A stretch of DNA of 64,000 nt from Candidatus Gottesmanbacteria bacterium. Its GTDB lineage: Bacteria; Patescibacteriota; Microgenomatia; UBA10105; UBA927. Numbering within the stretch: position 1 is the stretch's first letter; every line of letters begins with the position of its first letter. Positions 36,742 to 48,739 of this stretch are shown here, in pieces. Position numbers and translations under genes: made by a program. The notes beneath the pieces were generated by a model that searched no databases, was not told the DNA's origin, and saw only the letters and a list, made by a program, of their open reading frames with translations. The DNA lies in contig CAVQFA010000005.1 in the NCBI GenBank assembly GCA_963711735.1, positions 71,525 through 135,524 of the forward strand. Reading direction: 5' to 3'.

Positions 36742-37866
36742 ATGAGGATTTGTATACTCGGATCTGTTGCACTCCCGATTCCACCCATCATGCAGGGAGG
36801 GACGGAACGGATCGCGTACATGCAGGCAATCGGGCTTGCCCGGCGCGGACATGAAGTGAAACTTATTGCCGCCAAAGGATCGAAAAGCGAGGGGTTATAC
36901 CGGCTCGTTGAGATAGGCGGCGGGGATACCGTAGAGGGAGCAGGCACGGCGGGTGAACAGACTAAGAATGAGACGATCACGGAAACATCCAGGAAAATGC
37001 GCAAAGAAGCAGTCTATTGGGCACAGGTTATAGAATGGTTGTACCAAAACGCAGACAGCTACGACGTCATTCTCAATAATATGCGCGGAGCGGAATCCGT
37101 ATTTGTTCCGGTTGCCAAAAAGATCGGGAAACCGTTTACAACAGTCATGCATTTGCCGATTTTTCCGGAACTTGCAGAATTATTTGTGAAAAATCAAACA
37201 CCGGTTATCACGATATCAAACGCCCAGCGTGACGGTTTTCCAAATATAAACTATCTCGCAACCATCTATAACAGTATCGATATAGATCAATTTACGTTTT
37301 CCTCCACGCCGGGTGAATACCTTCTCATGATGGGATCGATTGCTCCGCATAAAAATCAAAGCGGAGGAATAGAAATTGCCAATAAACTCAATATGAAGCT
37401 CGTTATTGCCGGAAAAGTGAGCAATGCCGCGTATTACGAAGAAAAGGTAAAAGGACTCATCGATGGAACGCAGATCGTCCACGTCGGGGAGATCGGGCTT
37501 GACCAAAAGGCGAAATTGTATGCCGGGGCAAAAACCCTCCTTTTTCCGATACAATGGGAAGAACCGTTCGGGCTTGTGATGATTGAAGCGATGGCTACGG
37601 GTACACCGGTTGTGGCATACGGGCGCGGTGCGGTGCCGGAAGTGGTTGTTGACGGGAAGACGGGATTTATCGTTTCCGATGATTCAGGAAAGCAGGAAGG
37701 AAATGATTGGATCGTTAAGTCGCGCGGGATTGAAGGATGTACAGAAGCAATCAACCGGATTTGGGAAATCGATCGCGGAGCTTGCCGTAAACATGTCGAA
37801 GAACATTTTAACCAGGAAAGGCTTGTCAATGATTTTGAGACGGCGTTGTCAAAGCTCGCATCGTAA
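36742..37866 (+). CDS. glycosyltransferase family 4
   Basis: GGTERI, PIQWEEPFGLVMIEAMATGTPV. Confidence 0.95.
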   Translation: MRICILGSVALPIPPIMQGGTERIAYMQAIGLARRGHEVKLIAAKGSKSEGLYRLVEIGGGDTVEGAGTAGEQTKNETITETSRKMRKEAVYWAQVIEWLYQNADSYDVILNNMRGAESVFVPVAKKIGKPFTTVMHLPIFPELAELFVKNQTPVITISNAQRDGFPNINYLATIYNSIDIDQFTFSSTPGEYLLMMGSIAPHKNQSGGIEIANKLNMKLVIAGKVSNAAYYEEKVKGLIDGTQIVHVGEIGLDQKAKLYAGAKTLLFPIQWEEPFGLVMIEAMATGTPVVAYGRGAVPEVVVDGKTGFIVSDDSGKQEGNDWIVKSRGIEGCTEAINRIWEIDRGACRKHVEEHFNQERLVNDFETALSKLAS

Positions 37867-37897
37867 GACGACGCCACATGAAGTTACATATATACCT

Positions 37898-38905
37898 ATG
37901 GGTGAAGCGTCAGAACAAATAGAAAATCTTACAACAAAACCTTTGGATGCAGTGGTGGTTTGCGGTATGGGACCTGTTGCGTTACGGGAAACGCGGACAC
38001 TCGGGAGCGATGATGTTAATCTCGTTGCAGCAAATTTTATGAATTTCCTAAACGGAGTGTCAGCGAATCTTATTATGAGTCATGGCGCTGCAGAAACGGT
38101 AATTTTAAGCGGATACAAAAGTCAAAACGCTAATATAGATAATCCGTCACCTCTTCAAATACTTGAGAAAACCACGAGTGAAGCAGATCTGCTTGATAAT
38201 ACTCTGATGAGAGCACGCCCTAAAGGTCTCACCGACGATGAGAAACAAAGAATATCTGATGGTGATCGCGTTATCCTGGAGCAGGATGCCAGAACAACAT
38301 TCGGAAATATCATTCAAGCTCTTAATTTATTGGATAAAAAAACAGGAGGACATTGGGAAGGTTCGTTTGCGGTGTTATCATCCGAGTTTCACGGACCACG
38401 CATCCGGGAGATGCTTGACGCATTCGGACTTAAAGATTCCAAAATATTGTCAGCAGAGCGTATTCTCAAACGTTTTGGATATACCGGTAGGCTTCATCCA
38501 ATAACTGATAAACTTACAGGGAAACCATGGGAAGAATTTGAGGAAATAGTTTATAAAGGTCAACCGGCAGGACTGCAAAACTTACAGGATAATCCGTCAT
38601 ATGTCACATTTGAACTGGCAAATATAACATCTGACAAGCGGTTACAGGAAATGGCGCAGAATTTGAAGCAATACTACGCGGATCGTAATGTCGGCTTACC
38701 TGAAGTATATGGAACCATTCCTAAAGAATACGATCCTACTTTTGACTATAATGGATTACGGGAAAGATTTCGTTCTGTTGTATTTTCCAAACATCCGTAT
38801 ACGGGTGTTGTTGAAAAGGAAGAATCGGTACCATACAGACAACTCGCGGCTATTGTCGGTGAGGAAACAGAAAAGTATTTGGATTCATTGAATATAAAAT
38901 TATGA
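37898..38905 (+). CDS. YdcF/DUF218 (ElyC/SanA-like) protein
   Basis: ILSG, SEA, LEQDARTTFGN, SSEFHGPR. Confidence 0.7.
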   Translation: MGEASEQIENLTTKPLDAVVVCGMGPVALRETRTLGSDDVNLVAANFMNFLNGVSANLIMSHGAAETVILSGYKSQNANIDNPSPLQILEKTTSEADLLDNTLMRARPKGLTDDEKQRISDGDRVILEQDARTTFGNIIQALNLLDKKTGGHWEGSFAVLSSEFHGPRIREMLDAFGLKDSKILSAERILKRFGYTGRLHPITDKLTGKPWEEFEEIVYKGQPAGLQNLQDNPSYVTFELANITSDKRLQEMAQNLKQYYADRNVGLPEVYGTIPKEYDPTFDYNGLRERFRSVVFSKHPYTGVVEKEESVPYRQLAAIVGEETEKYLDSLNIKL

Positions 38906-40077
38906 AAATCGGACTGTTATCGCCATCCATATACATGTCCCCGGGCAAGTACCCTGATATGATTTTTGCTCCGCGTGACCTGTCGATAGCACTCGCTGAC
39001 GGGCTCGTCGCACGCGGGCATGATGTGTGGTTTTTTACTGCTCCCGACGTACCGACCAAAGCGCATCTGGTACCGGGAGATGCATCGCTTCTCTCTATGG
39101 AATATTACGAGGAGAAGTTGAAAAACCATCCCGGGGAGCGGGCAAAATGGGCATCCTTTTATGCCACGAAGAGGAACTATGAAATGGACCTCACCGAACG
39201 CTGTTATAAAATGGTCCACAAGGCACAGCTTGACATCATCCACTCGTACCATGACAGTCTCGCGCATTTTTTTGACGATCTGACCAATATACCGACTGTC
39301 TACACGCTCCACGATCCGCTTCCGAAAGATCCGAAAAGCGTCATGTACTGGTTGTTGCAAAAGTACTCGTATCATAACTATATCTCGATATCCGATGCAT
39401 TCCGGCACCATGAGAGCCTGAAGCTTCATTTTGCAGGGACTATACACCACGGTATTGATGCCGAAAAATATCCGTATGCGGGTCCTGGCGGTGTAGACGG
39501 ACACATCCTCGCGATGGGCAGGATGGTACCGGAGAAAGGGTTTGACCATGCGATCAAGGCGTCCCTGGATGCCGGTGTCGGGTTACACATCATGACATCG
39601 GATATGGAGGAGAACAGCCGTTTGGCGTACTTTACAGACCACATAGTACCCTTGACACAAGGCGTAGAGTCCATCCGGTATACAGGCTTTTTAAGCGGTA
39701 CGGAAAAAGCATCAGAAATCGGTTCTGCAAAAGCCTTGATTTTTCCCATACGGTGGGAGGAACCGTTCGGTATGGTTATGATTGAATCTATGGCATGCGG
39801 AACACCGGTTATTGCGTACAACAGGGGGAGTGTACCGGAAATAATTACGGACGGAAAGACAGGATTTATCATTGATCCGCCGGATGGTGATGATACACCT
39901 CACCCTCTTGGAGAGCATATGATTAAGAAACGCGGAGTTGAAGGGTTGGTCGAAGCGATTACGAGAATAGGGGAAATCGACCGCGCTGCATGCCGCCAGC
40001 GTGTGATGGATGAGTTCTCCGTAGAGAAAATGGCAGAACACCATGAGCAGATTTACCACAAAATCCTCGCAGGATGA
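38902..40077 (+). CDS. glycosyltransferase family 4
   Basis: GRMVPEKG, PIRWEEPFGMVMIESMACGTPV. Confidence 0.95.
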   Translation: MKIGLLSPSIYMSPGKYPDMIFAPRDLSIALADGLVARGHDVWFFTAPDVPTKAHLVPGDASLLSMEYYEEKLKNHPGERAKWASFYATKRNYEMDLTERCYKMVHKAQLDIIHSYHDSLAHFFDDLTNIPTVYTLHDPLPKDPKSVMYWLLQKYSYHNYISISDAFRHHESLKLHFAGTIHHGIDAEKYPYAGPGGVDGHILAMGRMVPEKGFDHAIKASLDAGVGLHIMTSDMEENSRLAYFTDHIVPLTQGVESIRYTGFLSGTEKASEIGSAKALIFPIRWEEPFGMVMIESMACGTPVIAYNRGSVPEIITDGKTGFIIDPPDGDDTPHPLGEHMIKKRGVEGLVEAITRIGEIDRAACRQRVMDEFSVEKMAEHHEQIYHKILAG

Positions 40078-40164
40078 TGCCTTTTAACGTTTGATATTAT
40101 ATTTTACACTTGACCAAGATCTTAGAGCGTTTTTGTATACACAGATAGTATATAATAAACGCCT

Positions 40165-41034
40165 ATGGGACAATCTATAGAGCAGTTTCTCCATAGCGTG
40201 CATGAAATTCAACATCAAAATCCACCACTATGTGAGATGAGAATACTATACGGAAATATATCGGGTGTTTTTGGCGGAGGAAATCATAAAGAAATAGCAG
40301 AAGGAACACTCATCCTCAATCCATATGAGTATTATCTTCAGCGTTACATTCAACAATTACTTGCAACAGAGGATCATCCGATACGGATGCTTGATGAAGG
40401 CGCGTTATTCGGGATGAGTATGGCAGTGATGGGGTACCTGTTCCGGAATGAAATACGTTCGGGGGATCTAAGTCTCCTTGCATCTAATTTTGAACATCAT
40501 ATAACAAAACACGCACTTGGCCTTGAAGCAGAAAGAAGACTGGGATTTGTTCCGTTATTTGAAAAGCTCGAGGAGATAAAACAAGGGAGAGGGGATCATG
40601 ATAACGATAATATCTACGCTCTGCAATCTTCTGTCCGGCCAATTGTTCAGACACGGGAAGAACTGGCATTCTGGAGGTTCTACAGCAGGTATGTGGGGTT
40701 TCTATCCGGTGTCGGACTGGATGCAATAAGAATACAATATAAGGATGAACCGTTTGATATAGTCCATGATCATTATGCCGGCCTCACGTGGGCTCCGGAA
40801 AGAGAGAGATTTGGAATTTTTACTGTTCTTCGGCCTCACACGGGAATGCTTATTACAAATACGAACTTATTACAAACCGATGTGTATGATTATCGGATTG
40901 CATATTTAACTGTTACAAAACTTGCCCATGCAAACGACGAACAGGCACCAAAATATTGGATATATGCAACGACGGGAGCACTTGTTGAGCAGGTACCGTA
41001 TATCGAAGAATTTCCCGTTTATTCGTTGGAATAA
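40165..41034 (+). CDS. hypothetical protein, possibly a degenerate SAM-methyltransferase fold
   Basis: IRMLDEGALFG and PFDIVHD..G resemble motifs I and II. Confidence 0.45.
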   Translation: MGQSIEQFLHSVHEIQHQNPPLCEMRILYGNISGVFGGGNHKEIAEGTLILNPYEYYLQRYIQQLLATEDHPIRMLDEGALFGMSMAVMGYLFRNEIRSGDLSLLASNFEHHITKHALGLEAERRLGFVPLFEKLEEIKQGRGDHDNDNIYALQSSVRPIVQTREELAFWRFYSRYVGFLSGVGLDAIRIQYKDEPFDIVHDHYAGLTWAPERERFGIFTVLRPHTGMLITNTNLLQTDVYDYRIAYLTVTKLAHANDEQAPKYWIYATTGALVEQVPYIEEFPVYSLE

Positions 41035-41223
41035 ATTTTATTACTAAGTAAATCCCTCCGGAATCAAAGCCTTACCCCATCAGTGAAAAAGGGCATAAAT
41101 GAGTCAGGTGTGATTTCGCAAATACAGTCAATAAAAGAGTCCTCTGGAAACAATTCAAAACTTCTGGTATCATATACTTTTCCTGTCCGGACAACCTAAA
41201 AAAAGGATTTATACTTTTCGCAT

Positions 41224-41544
41224 ATGAAGGAAATGTCACCGTTTCAGCAAATCATAAATCATATTGATACCCTACCTGTCGGAGGACAGTTTACGTTAGG
41301 TGATTTAGGTCTCAGATCAATATCAGCAGGGGATCATAGGGGAGTTTTAAAAAAACTACCTTGCATCGGTACAGCAATACCAAGTCAAAACGGACAACAA
41401 ACCGTGTACGAACGTCTTTTTGATCCGCACATAGACCCCGGGAATTGCGCCGCATGCAAACACGATGGATCTTCACCGGCAGTCCCATGCAAAATCAAAA
41501 TGGATGCGGATGGGATAGGGACAATATTTATTGATCCTGAATAG
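41224..41544 (+). CDS. small Cys-containing hypothetical protein
   Basis: CAACKH...PC. Confidence 0.45.
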   Translation: MKEMSPFQQIINHIDTLPVGGQFTLGDLGLRSISAGDHRGVLKKLPCIGTAIPSQNGQQTVYERLFDPHIDPGNCAACKHDGSSPAVPCKIKMDADGIGTIFIDPE

Positions 41545-41673
41545 AATTTCTTCGAAATAATAGATTTCAACTTCAGATACCCTAAATTATAATGTATATC
41601 AATGATAGTATTGACTCTGATTGATATACTAAGTATCATTAATTATCATATAATTTAAAATCTATTATTTACT

Positions 41674-42621
41674 ATGAGTTCCTCAGAAAATGTATTTTGG
41701 CAGAAATACGAGGGTAGAAATCCGGTTAATGTTTTGGATGTCATTTTTCGCGAAATTCAGCCAAAGGAATTATACGGATTTGTTAAAGGTTGTGCATCGC
41801 TTCAGATGACTCTTGAACAGATTCGTCCGGATCTGGTCATTTATCCTGAAAGGGGAGCTATGCCGATTGCGTGGACTATAAGGGCATTTTCCGAACTTCG
41901 CGGATTTGAATACTCGGAAATTGATATAGCACTTGGTTCTCATATCGTCATACAAACAAACAGAGAAACCGGAGTCGGGGGATTACAGAAGAGAAGAGTA
42001 ATACAGCATTGGCTACAGTACGCTGCGGAAAATATATGTGATTTAAATACTGTTGTCATGATAGACGAGGTACAAAGCGGAAAAACCCTGTCACAAGCGA
42101 CACACCATTTATTAGAATATATTCAGACTTCAAGCCCTGACACTTCATTACATATAATCGCCGTACAGGATGATCGAAATCACGTCCTTCACAGATCAAA
42201 GGTTCCCGCATTCAGGACTCTGTCATCAAATGAGAGACAGGGAATCACTGCACAAGTTTTTCCGATGCCACTCTTTACCGTAGACAGAACAGCACTTCTG
42301 GATTATCTATTGATCGACGAAGAGATGGACCTGACAAAAACACCGATTGTTCATACTCTAAAGAATACGGAAGCAGAAACGGTATTCCGATTATTTGCAT
42401 TAGTTCTGAGTGATCCGCAATTCTCCCAAATATTTTCTGAAGCAATCGACCATCAAATACCTCCCAGTAGTTTGGGGGTTGAAGGTTTTGATAATTACTT
42501 TTATTGGTTATTTGAGATGATTACTAATCCGACAGCAAACAATCATCAGAAAGTACGATACGACCACATATGTATTTTTTTTCAATCCCTTTGTCGTATA
42601 GCATCAAAAGACTGCGAGTAG
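41674..42621 (+). CDS. phosphoribosyltransferase-fold protein
   Basis: ERGAMP and VVMIDEVQSGKTL PRPP-loop-like motif. Confidence 0.6.
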   Translation: MSSSENVFWQKYEGRNPVNVLDVIFREIQPKELYGFVKGCASLQMTLEQIRPDLVIYPERGAMPIAWTIRAFSELRGFEYSEIDIALGSHIVIQTNRETGVGGLQKRRVIQHWLQYAAENICDLNTVVMIDEVQSGKTLSQATHHLLEYIQTSSPDTSLHIIAVQDDRNHVLHRSKVPAFRTLSSNERQGITAQVFPMPLFTVDRTALLDYLLIDEEMDLTKTPIVHTLKNTEAETVFRLFALVLSDPQFSQIFSEAIDHQIPPSSLGVEGFDNYFYWLFEMITNPTANNHQKVRYDHICIFFQSLCRIASKDCE

Positions 42622-42627
42622 AATAAT

Positions 42628-42909
42628 TTATTGTGGCTTAATGCAGTATATATTTCCTGAAGAGTACAATTCCCGTGACCAAAAACCTGTTCCATCTGAT
42701 AGCCTGTAGTAGTTGTTACCTCCGGCTGATTGAACATCCATGATTCGCGTTACGCATGATGCAGTGAGATGAGCTTGGGCATAAATGATCACCGACAGAG
42801 CGAATGCAAAAGTTGTGTACATACCCACATTCAGCAACGTGTATGTAAGTTTGACAGGATGTGAGATTTTTATAGTAAACGGTATTTCCCGTGCGTAGGT
42901 AGTATACAT
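42628..42909 (-). CDS. small membrane-anchored hypothetical protein
   Basis: One TM, terminal Cys pair. Confidence 0.45.
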   Translation of the reverse strand: MYTTYAREIPFTIKISHPVKLTYTLLNVGMYTTFAFALSVIIYAQAHLTASCVTRIMDVQSAGGNNYYRLSDGTGFWSRELYSSGNIYCIKPQ

Positions 42910-42996
42910 AGAAATTGAACACTTCTTGTGTGTTTGAGGCAGGAGTATAGCATGTTATAGGGGTATAGTCAAGCCTATAGTAGACAAATAAGGGGT

Positions 42997-43500
42997 TTAT
43001 GCTGCCTGGTGACGGAACCTTTTGAATATTTTCTGAAATACGGGTTGTGTTTTGCGCATGAGTATCCAGGTCTGAGAAATTGGTCCATGATCATCATCCA
43101 CCCGTTCCAAACGGAGATTGATGTCGGGAAATGTCGTTTCAAGTGTGAGTGTACGCTGGTCACAATGGCTAGTGTGTCTGACTTTATCAGGATCTTCCCA
43201 GCACATGTGTTCAATGTTCTGTCTTGCAGAATTTTGATCCAATGTGGTCAGTAAAGAAAGAAATATGCCGAATGCCTGTTGGGCATCCCCGGGAGAGAAA
43301 TTATTCTGTTCAGGTATACTTCCCACACACGGAAAGGATAATTCCGGAGGACTTACTTGCGGAACGAGGGTGTGTGATACCCGCAGAAGAACCGCTTTCT
43401 TTTGTCCTTCTTTAATACGCATAAGCGTATCACCGAACGCCTGATGAAGTCTGATAAAACCTGTATCTATGGGTAATGCTTCGTGAGAGGTATTTATCAT
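42997..43500 (-). CDS. hypothetical protein
   Basis: 167-aa ORF. Confidence 0.5.
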   Translation of the reverse strand: MINTSHEALPIDTGFIRLHQAFGDTLMRIKEGQKKAVLLRVSHTLVPQVSPPELSFPCVGSIPEQNNFSPGDAQQAFGIFLSLLTTLDQNSARQNIEHMCWEDPDKVRHTSHCDQRTLTLETTFPDINLRLERVDDDHGPISQTWILMRKTQPVFQKIFKRFRHQAA

Positions 43501-43604
43501 AATTTGGACTATAGAATACTATACTATCATTGTAAAGACCTATTTTATTTTCCACAAACCACTTTATAGAAGGAAGAATATTCATAATCAGTAGGGTATA
43601 CTAG

Positions 43605-44450
<846 letters not shown>

Positions 44451-44470
44451 TTGCAGGTGAAACTGAGAAG

Positions 44471-45550
44471 TTATACGGCAAACCGGGGCCACATGGATCG
44501 ATTCCGGCTGAAGGATTCTATTCTCTGATTGAGATAATCAAGCGCAGTTCTCCACCATGCATATGTTGCCTGGCCGTGTGCCCATGTCGGGATGTTTTGT
44601 GAAGCACTGAACTTTTCGTAGTCACACAATGATTGTCTGAATGGCAGGAGATTCTGAAAAGCGGAGAGATACCATGCATTTCTTGTAAAATATTTCATGG
44701 CGTTTGGATCCGATAAAACATCCGTCGGGATTGTTACAGCAGGATGTCTGATTCCAAGGACATTCAAGTTTACTAACCGGCCATTCGCGCCGGCATTTAC
44801 TATAAAATTATCGATGATACGCTTTTCGTCATCCGAACATGCACCCGTTGCATAACGCCATAAAGCCGGAATGCCGATTTGCATATCATGGTTTCCTGAA
44901 AATGTCCCCCTCTCATGAGCAACTTTTGCAGCAACGGTAGGCATATGGGTGATAGCCTGTACAAAAGACCCAACTACAATGCGTCCATGTCGCAGGTATT
45001 TGTCCATCAGGATACCGCCATTCGGATTGAGAAACAGAACCGGATCATCCGGCCATGTCGGATTTGGATATCCGCCGGCAACAGCTGTGACAATTTTTTC
45101 TCCGGAACGGATTTGAACAGATGTTATCGTCTGCGGTTCATATGGAACAACGGTAGGCTGGGCAAGCGCAATGAGAGCCGGTACATCACCGATCCAAAAA
45201 GTATCTTTGATTTCAATTTTGTATTCACACGAAGAAAGTTGAGGTAATCCATGCTTCAATCTCGATGCCTGCGCGCTGTCTTTCGGTGTTGCATCGTACT
45301 TTTGAATGTTTACCGGTTCATTCGAAGCTGTCCAGGTGAGGCTCAGATCACCTATGCATGCGACAGCCGTTTCGGCGATGTATGGATTGAACAAGGCAAC
45401 TTCCTGAATAACAGGGAAATTATTTTCGTGATAACCGGGAATAAAACCGATTAAACTCAGGAGACTAGTATATTCGGGTGAAATATACACGTCATCAGGA
45501 TGTGTATCCTGCATGACGCGACCTGATTCGAGAGTAATATAAGAAGGCAT
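44471..45550 (-). CDS. hypothetical protein
   Basis: 359-aa ORF. Confidence 0.6.
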   Translation of the reverse strand: MPSYITLESGRVMQDTHPDDVYISPEYTSLLSLIGFIPGYHENNFPVIQEVALFNPYIAETAVACIGDLSLTWTASNEPVNIQKYDATPKDSAQASRLKHGLPQLSSCEYKIEIKDTFWIGDVPALIALAQPTVVPYEPQTITSVQIRSGEKIVTAVAGGYPNPTWPDDPVLFLNPNGGILMDKYLRHGRIVVGSFVQAITHMPTVAAKVAHERGTFSGNHDMQIGIPALWRYATGACSDDEKRIIDNFIVNAGANGRLVNLNVLGIRHPAVTIPTDVLSDPNAMKYFTRNAWYLSAFQNLLPFRQSLCDYEKFSASQNIPTWAHGQATYAWWRTALDYLNQRIESFSRNRSMWPRFAV

Positions 45551-45619
45551 ATATGAGAAAATTCCGGCAGGTAAAGTGAATTATAGCTATATCCTATAGA
45601 GATTTCAAGTTATATACCA

Positions 45620-46342
45620 TTATGTGTTACCGTAGCCCATATCAACCAAAGAAGGTGCAATAGCGCGTTGTAGTATAAGCCCCACGGCTACTTTTTGCGG
45701 GTGCTTGTGGGCTCCTTCACACATAGGTACATGAATGTTTACTGATCTTCCAAGACCCGCATTGGCGATCCGTTCGAATATCAACAGACACATATATTCG
45801 ACATAGAGAGCCGGAACCTCGTGGTCATGAAATTCTTTAGAGTACTTCTGTATAAACGATGAACCGGTACCGACTGATGCAGTATTCGGTTCTACGATTT
45901 CTTTGATAAACGGCTGCCTGTCAATGGAGTACATAGAGATATCACTTTGACCCAACGCGCCGGGCATGAGGATATCGAAAAGTCTCACAACCACAGTGTG
46001 GATATGATTTCTGTCTGTTATCCCGTACGGATCAGCACTCCCAAGAAGTATCCGTTCAAAAAAATCCTGAGGAATCCCAACTTGTATAAGCTCCCGGAAA
46101 ACCGATTGGTAATCTACGTTTTCAAGAATATCCAGGCTCGCTACTTCACCTCCTAAAAAAGATCGTTTTTTCGATTCCATGTGTCCGATTTCATGACATG
46201 CAGCTGCCATATATCCGATAGGATTATGTGTCAGGGGAATACAACCTTCATTAGCAGAAACTACTGCTCCGTTTATATAATCCTTCGGAACTTCGTACGA
46301 ATCCTCGGGAATATAACCGTCATGAACGCATTCAATTTCCAT
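45620..46342 (-). CDS. putative zincin-like metalloprotein
   Basis: AACHEIGH (HExxH) plus a downstream E; start MEIECV. Confidence 0.5.
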   Translation of the reverse strand: MEIECVHDGYIPEDSYEVPKDYINGAVVSANEGCIPLTHNPIGYMAAACHEIGHMESKKRSFLGGEVASLDILENVDYQSVFRELIQVGIPQDFFERILLGSADPYGITDRNHIHTVVVRLFDILMPGALGQSDISMYSIDRQPFIKEIVEPNTASVGTGSSFIQKYSKEFHDHEVPALYVEYMCLLIFERIANAGLGRSVNIHVPMCEGAHKHPQKVAVGLILQRAIAPSLVDMGYGNT

Positions 46343-46349
46343 GCACGGA

Positions 46350-47027
46350 TTATAGCGTAATTGCAGGTACGGAAGAAATATGCATCCGCGGTACATCCAC
46401 AGGCGGAGAGGCAGGATGTGTATCAGGACCAGTACCGATATTACCCAGTGAGACAAAGCCGTCGGGTGAAATAATAACGGCAGGATTTCCCGATCCTTTA
46501 GGATAAAACACAGAAGTGCATCCGGGATGATATGCACAGAGCACCTGATCCGGCAGGATGCCCGTGCACGCATTTTCTATTTTATGCCACCACGTCGTTG
46601 ATTCGGCGGGATTGTGAACTATCAGGTATGTCGTCTTTGAACCGGCAGGTATATTCCAATATCCCGCTATAAGCTTCCAGACTTCGGGCAAACGGTATTC
46701 AAGCATCCGCAGTTCCGGCGAACCTGTATATGTGAGAATTTGGTATTTAGTGGTAAGGTTTTCATATTCATTGTCTAAAGCACGTTTATTAGAGTGATTT
46801 AAATTATCCAGAAACGACGGTTGGAGATTTTTCGGTCCCGATGCGCTCCACAGGTCATTCAGAGCAATCTGCAGATTATTATGAATATCGTTATCCGTAA
46901 AAACATCTAAACCAGCTTTTCCGGCAAGCACACCCAACAGAATTTTTGCACGGACATATGCGTGATCAAACGGAGGGAAAAGAAGGTCGGAAGTTGGATG
47001 TGTTTCAGGCATAGTCATATATAACAA
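46350..47027 (-). CDS. hypothetical protein
   Basis: 225-aa ORF. Confidence 0.55.
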   Translation of the reverse strand: MLYMTMPETHPTSDLLFPPFDHAYVRAKILLGVLAGKAGLDVFTDNDIHNNLQIALNDLWSASGPKNLQPSFLDNLNHSNKRALDNEYENLTTKYQILTYTGSPELRMLEYRLPEVWKLIAGYWNIPAGSKTTYLIVHNPAESTTWWHKIENACTGILPDQVLCAYHPGCTSVFYPKGSGNPAVIISPDGFVSLGNIGTGPDTHPASPPVDVPRMHISSVPAITL

Positions 47028-47174
47028 ACTATATAATAATACAACAAATTATATTCTTTGTCACTCACCATCTATGTTATGTTTTTTTATATCAAAGGGA
47101 ATATTCTGTTCAAGCCAGTATATGAAGATTTGAATTCATAATTTCAATCAGCGCATATCCGTTTCTATTGTGGT

Positions 47175-47813
47175 ATGATCTATGATCCTATGATAAGCGT
47201 CGAACAGAAACAACCGGATAATGCGTACTATCAGATCAGCTTCCATTCAGAGAAAGATCCCCGTGGTGCGCTGAAGGACTTACTGAAAGAATTTCCGCAG
47301 TATGATGAGGCAGGTAATGTATTATGGATAGTTGCAGACGGACTTGCCGTAGAGGCCTGGACCGATGAAAGACCGCATAAGGACGCTGACATAATCATGT
47401 TTAAGCAGTCTATAGAAGGGACTGCTATAGTATATCAGATGGGTCATCAGATCGATCTATATACACCGGAACAGTATATGTCTATCGGTATCCGGTATCC
47501 TGATGGATTTCTTGAGTCTCATATTGTCGCAACAGTAAATCAGAAAATGAATGAAGACGGTCCCATACTGACGCTTCATCCTGCGGTTCTTCTTTTCCAG
47601 AAAGCATTCACACGGGCAGATTGCGGAGAAGAGTATGCACTGGACCGGTACAATCACGATTTTGACCGGCTTATCAACCTGTATAAAACACTTGATAATT
47701 CCAAACAGAAAGAATGGAGATACATCATTGAGGAGTGTTTCCGGTATGTTGATCCAAAATACTGGGAAAAGATGCGGATTGATCTCTCCATGCATATGAA
47801 TGTAGCCTCATAA
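47175..47813 (+). CDS. nucleotidyltransferase-fold protein
   Basis: WIVADGLAV.....RPHKDADI resembles the G.A..R...DxD NTase motif. Confidence 0.55.
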   Translation: MIYDPMISVEQKQPDNAYYQISFHSEKDPRGALKDLLKEFPQYDEAGNVLWIVADGLAVEAWTDERPHKDADIIMFKQSIEGTAIVYQMGHQIDLYTPEQYMSIGIRYPDGFLESHIVATVNQKMNEDGPILTLHPAVLLFQKAFTRADCGEEYALDRYNHDFDRLINLYKTLDNSKQKEWRYIIEECFRYVDPKYWEKMRIDLSMHMNVAS

Positions 47814-47992
47814 AATTTCTTTTCTATCTTCAACATTCCATAGTGCACTTGCCTTCTTCCATTGCCGATAATTACTCGGTATACTGAATTTATAGTATTT
47901 TTTCTATTGATATTCCAAACATTCAGAAATGTTTGGATATGCCGCACTAATCAACTTATATGAATAAAGTTGAGTAAGTGCGGACATAGCCT

Positions 47993-48733
47993 ATGGAACC
48001 TGTCCTTTTTTCGCTCTTACTGGTCCTCACTATCCTATTTGTCATCACGCAGGCAACTATTCTTCTTGTATTTCTCCGGGCGTTCCGTGAGTTTAAAAAA
48101 AGTCATAATCCGGACGAGGAGGCTGTCAAAAAGCTCCGATTGAAATCCGAAGAGATCCTCCGCGGTGCTTTGGAGCGGGCAAACCTCATACTCGCGAGCG
48201 CTCAGAAGAAGGGTGTCGATATTATTGCCAAAGAAGAAAAAACTGGGTCAACCCTCTCTGATGAGTACAGCAAGCACTTAGGTGCCGTGCAGGAGTCATT
48301 ACAGGAATCTTTTGAACGCACAGCAAATGACGCAGACAAGGCCCTTGAGGAGTATCTCACGCAGGTTGGAAAAACCGTGGCTGACCATATGGATCAGAAC
48401 GAAAAAATCCTTTCTGATAAAGCTGCGGTTATGACGGAGCAGGCACGGAAGGCACTGGACGATATGCGCGGCAGAACTGAAGGGTCTATAGAAAAGCTGA
48501 CGAAAGACACACAGGAGATGGTTCGCTCGGAGATAGACAAGGAACTGGCTATGGCACACGACGAGCTTACCGAATATAAAGCGCGGCGGATGAAAATGAT
48601 TGACGAGAGGATCATCCAGATGCTTGAAGACGTGATAAAGGTGACGCTTGAGAAAAAGTTGTCGCTTGTGGAGCAGTCGGAGCTTGTATACAGAGCGCTC
48701 GAAGAAGCCAAACGTGAAAATGCGTTCAAATAA
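47993..48733 (+). CDS. ATP synthase subunit b-like protein (N-terminal TM + coiled coil)
   Basis: Single N-terminal TM, long charged coiled coil, directly upstream of the delta-like gene. Confidence 0.6.
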   Translation: MEPVLFSLLLVLTILFVITQATILLVFLRAFREFKKSHNPDEEAVKKLRLKSEEILRGALERANLILASAQKKGVDIIAKEEKTGSTLSDEYSKHLGAVQESLQESFERTANDADKALEEYLTQVGKTVADHMDQNEKILSDKAAVMTEQARKALDDMRGRTEGSIEKLTKDTQEMVRSEIDKELAMAHDELTEYKARRMKMIDERIIQMLEDVIKVTLEKKLSLVEQSELVYRALEEAKRENAFK

Positions 48734-48739
48734 TTGCGT

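Noticed and set aside
37583-37897. Long N-terminus of the YdcF-like ORF
   Set aside because: Out-of-frame overlap with the GT4 gene; ATG 37898 is more plausible.
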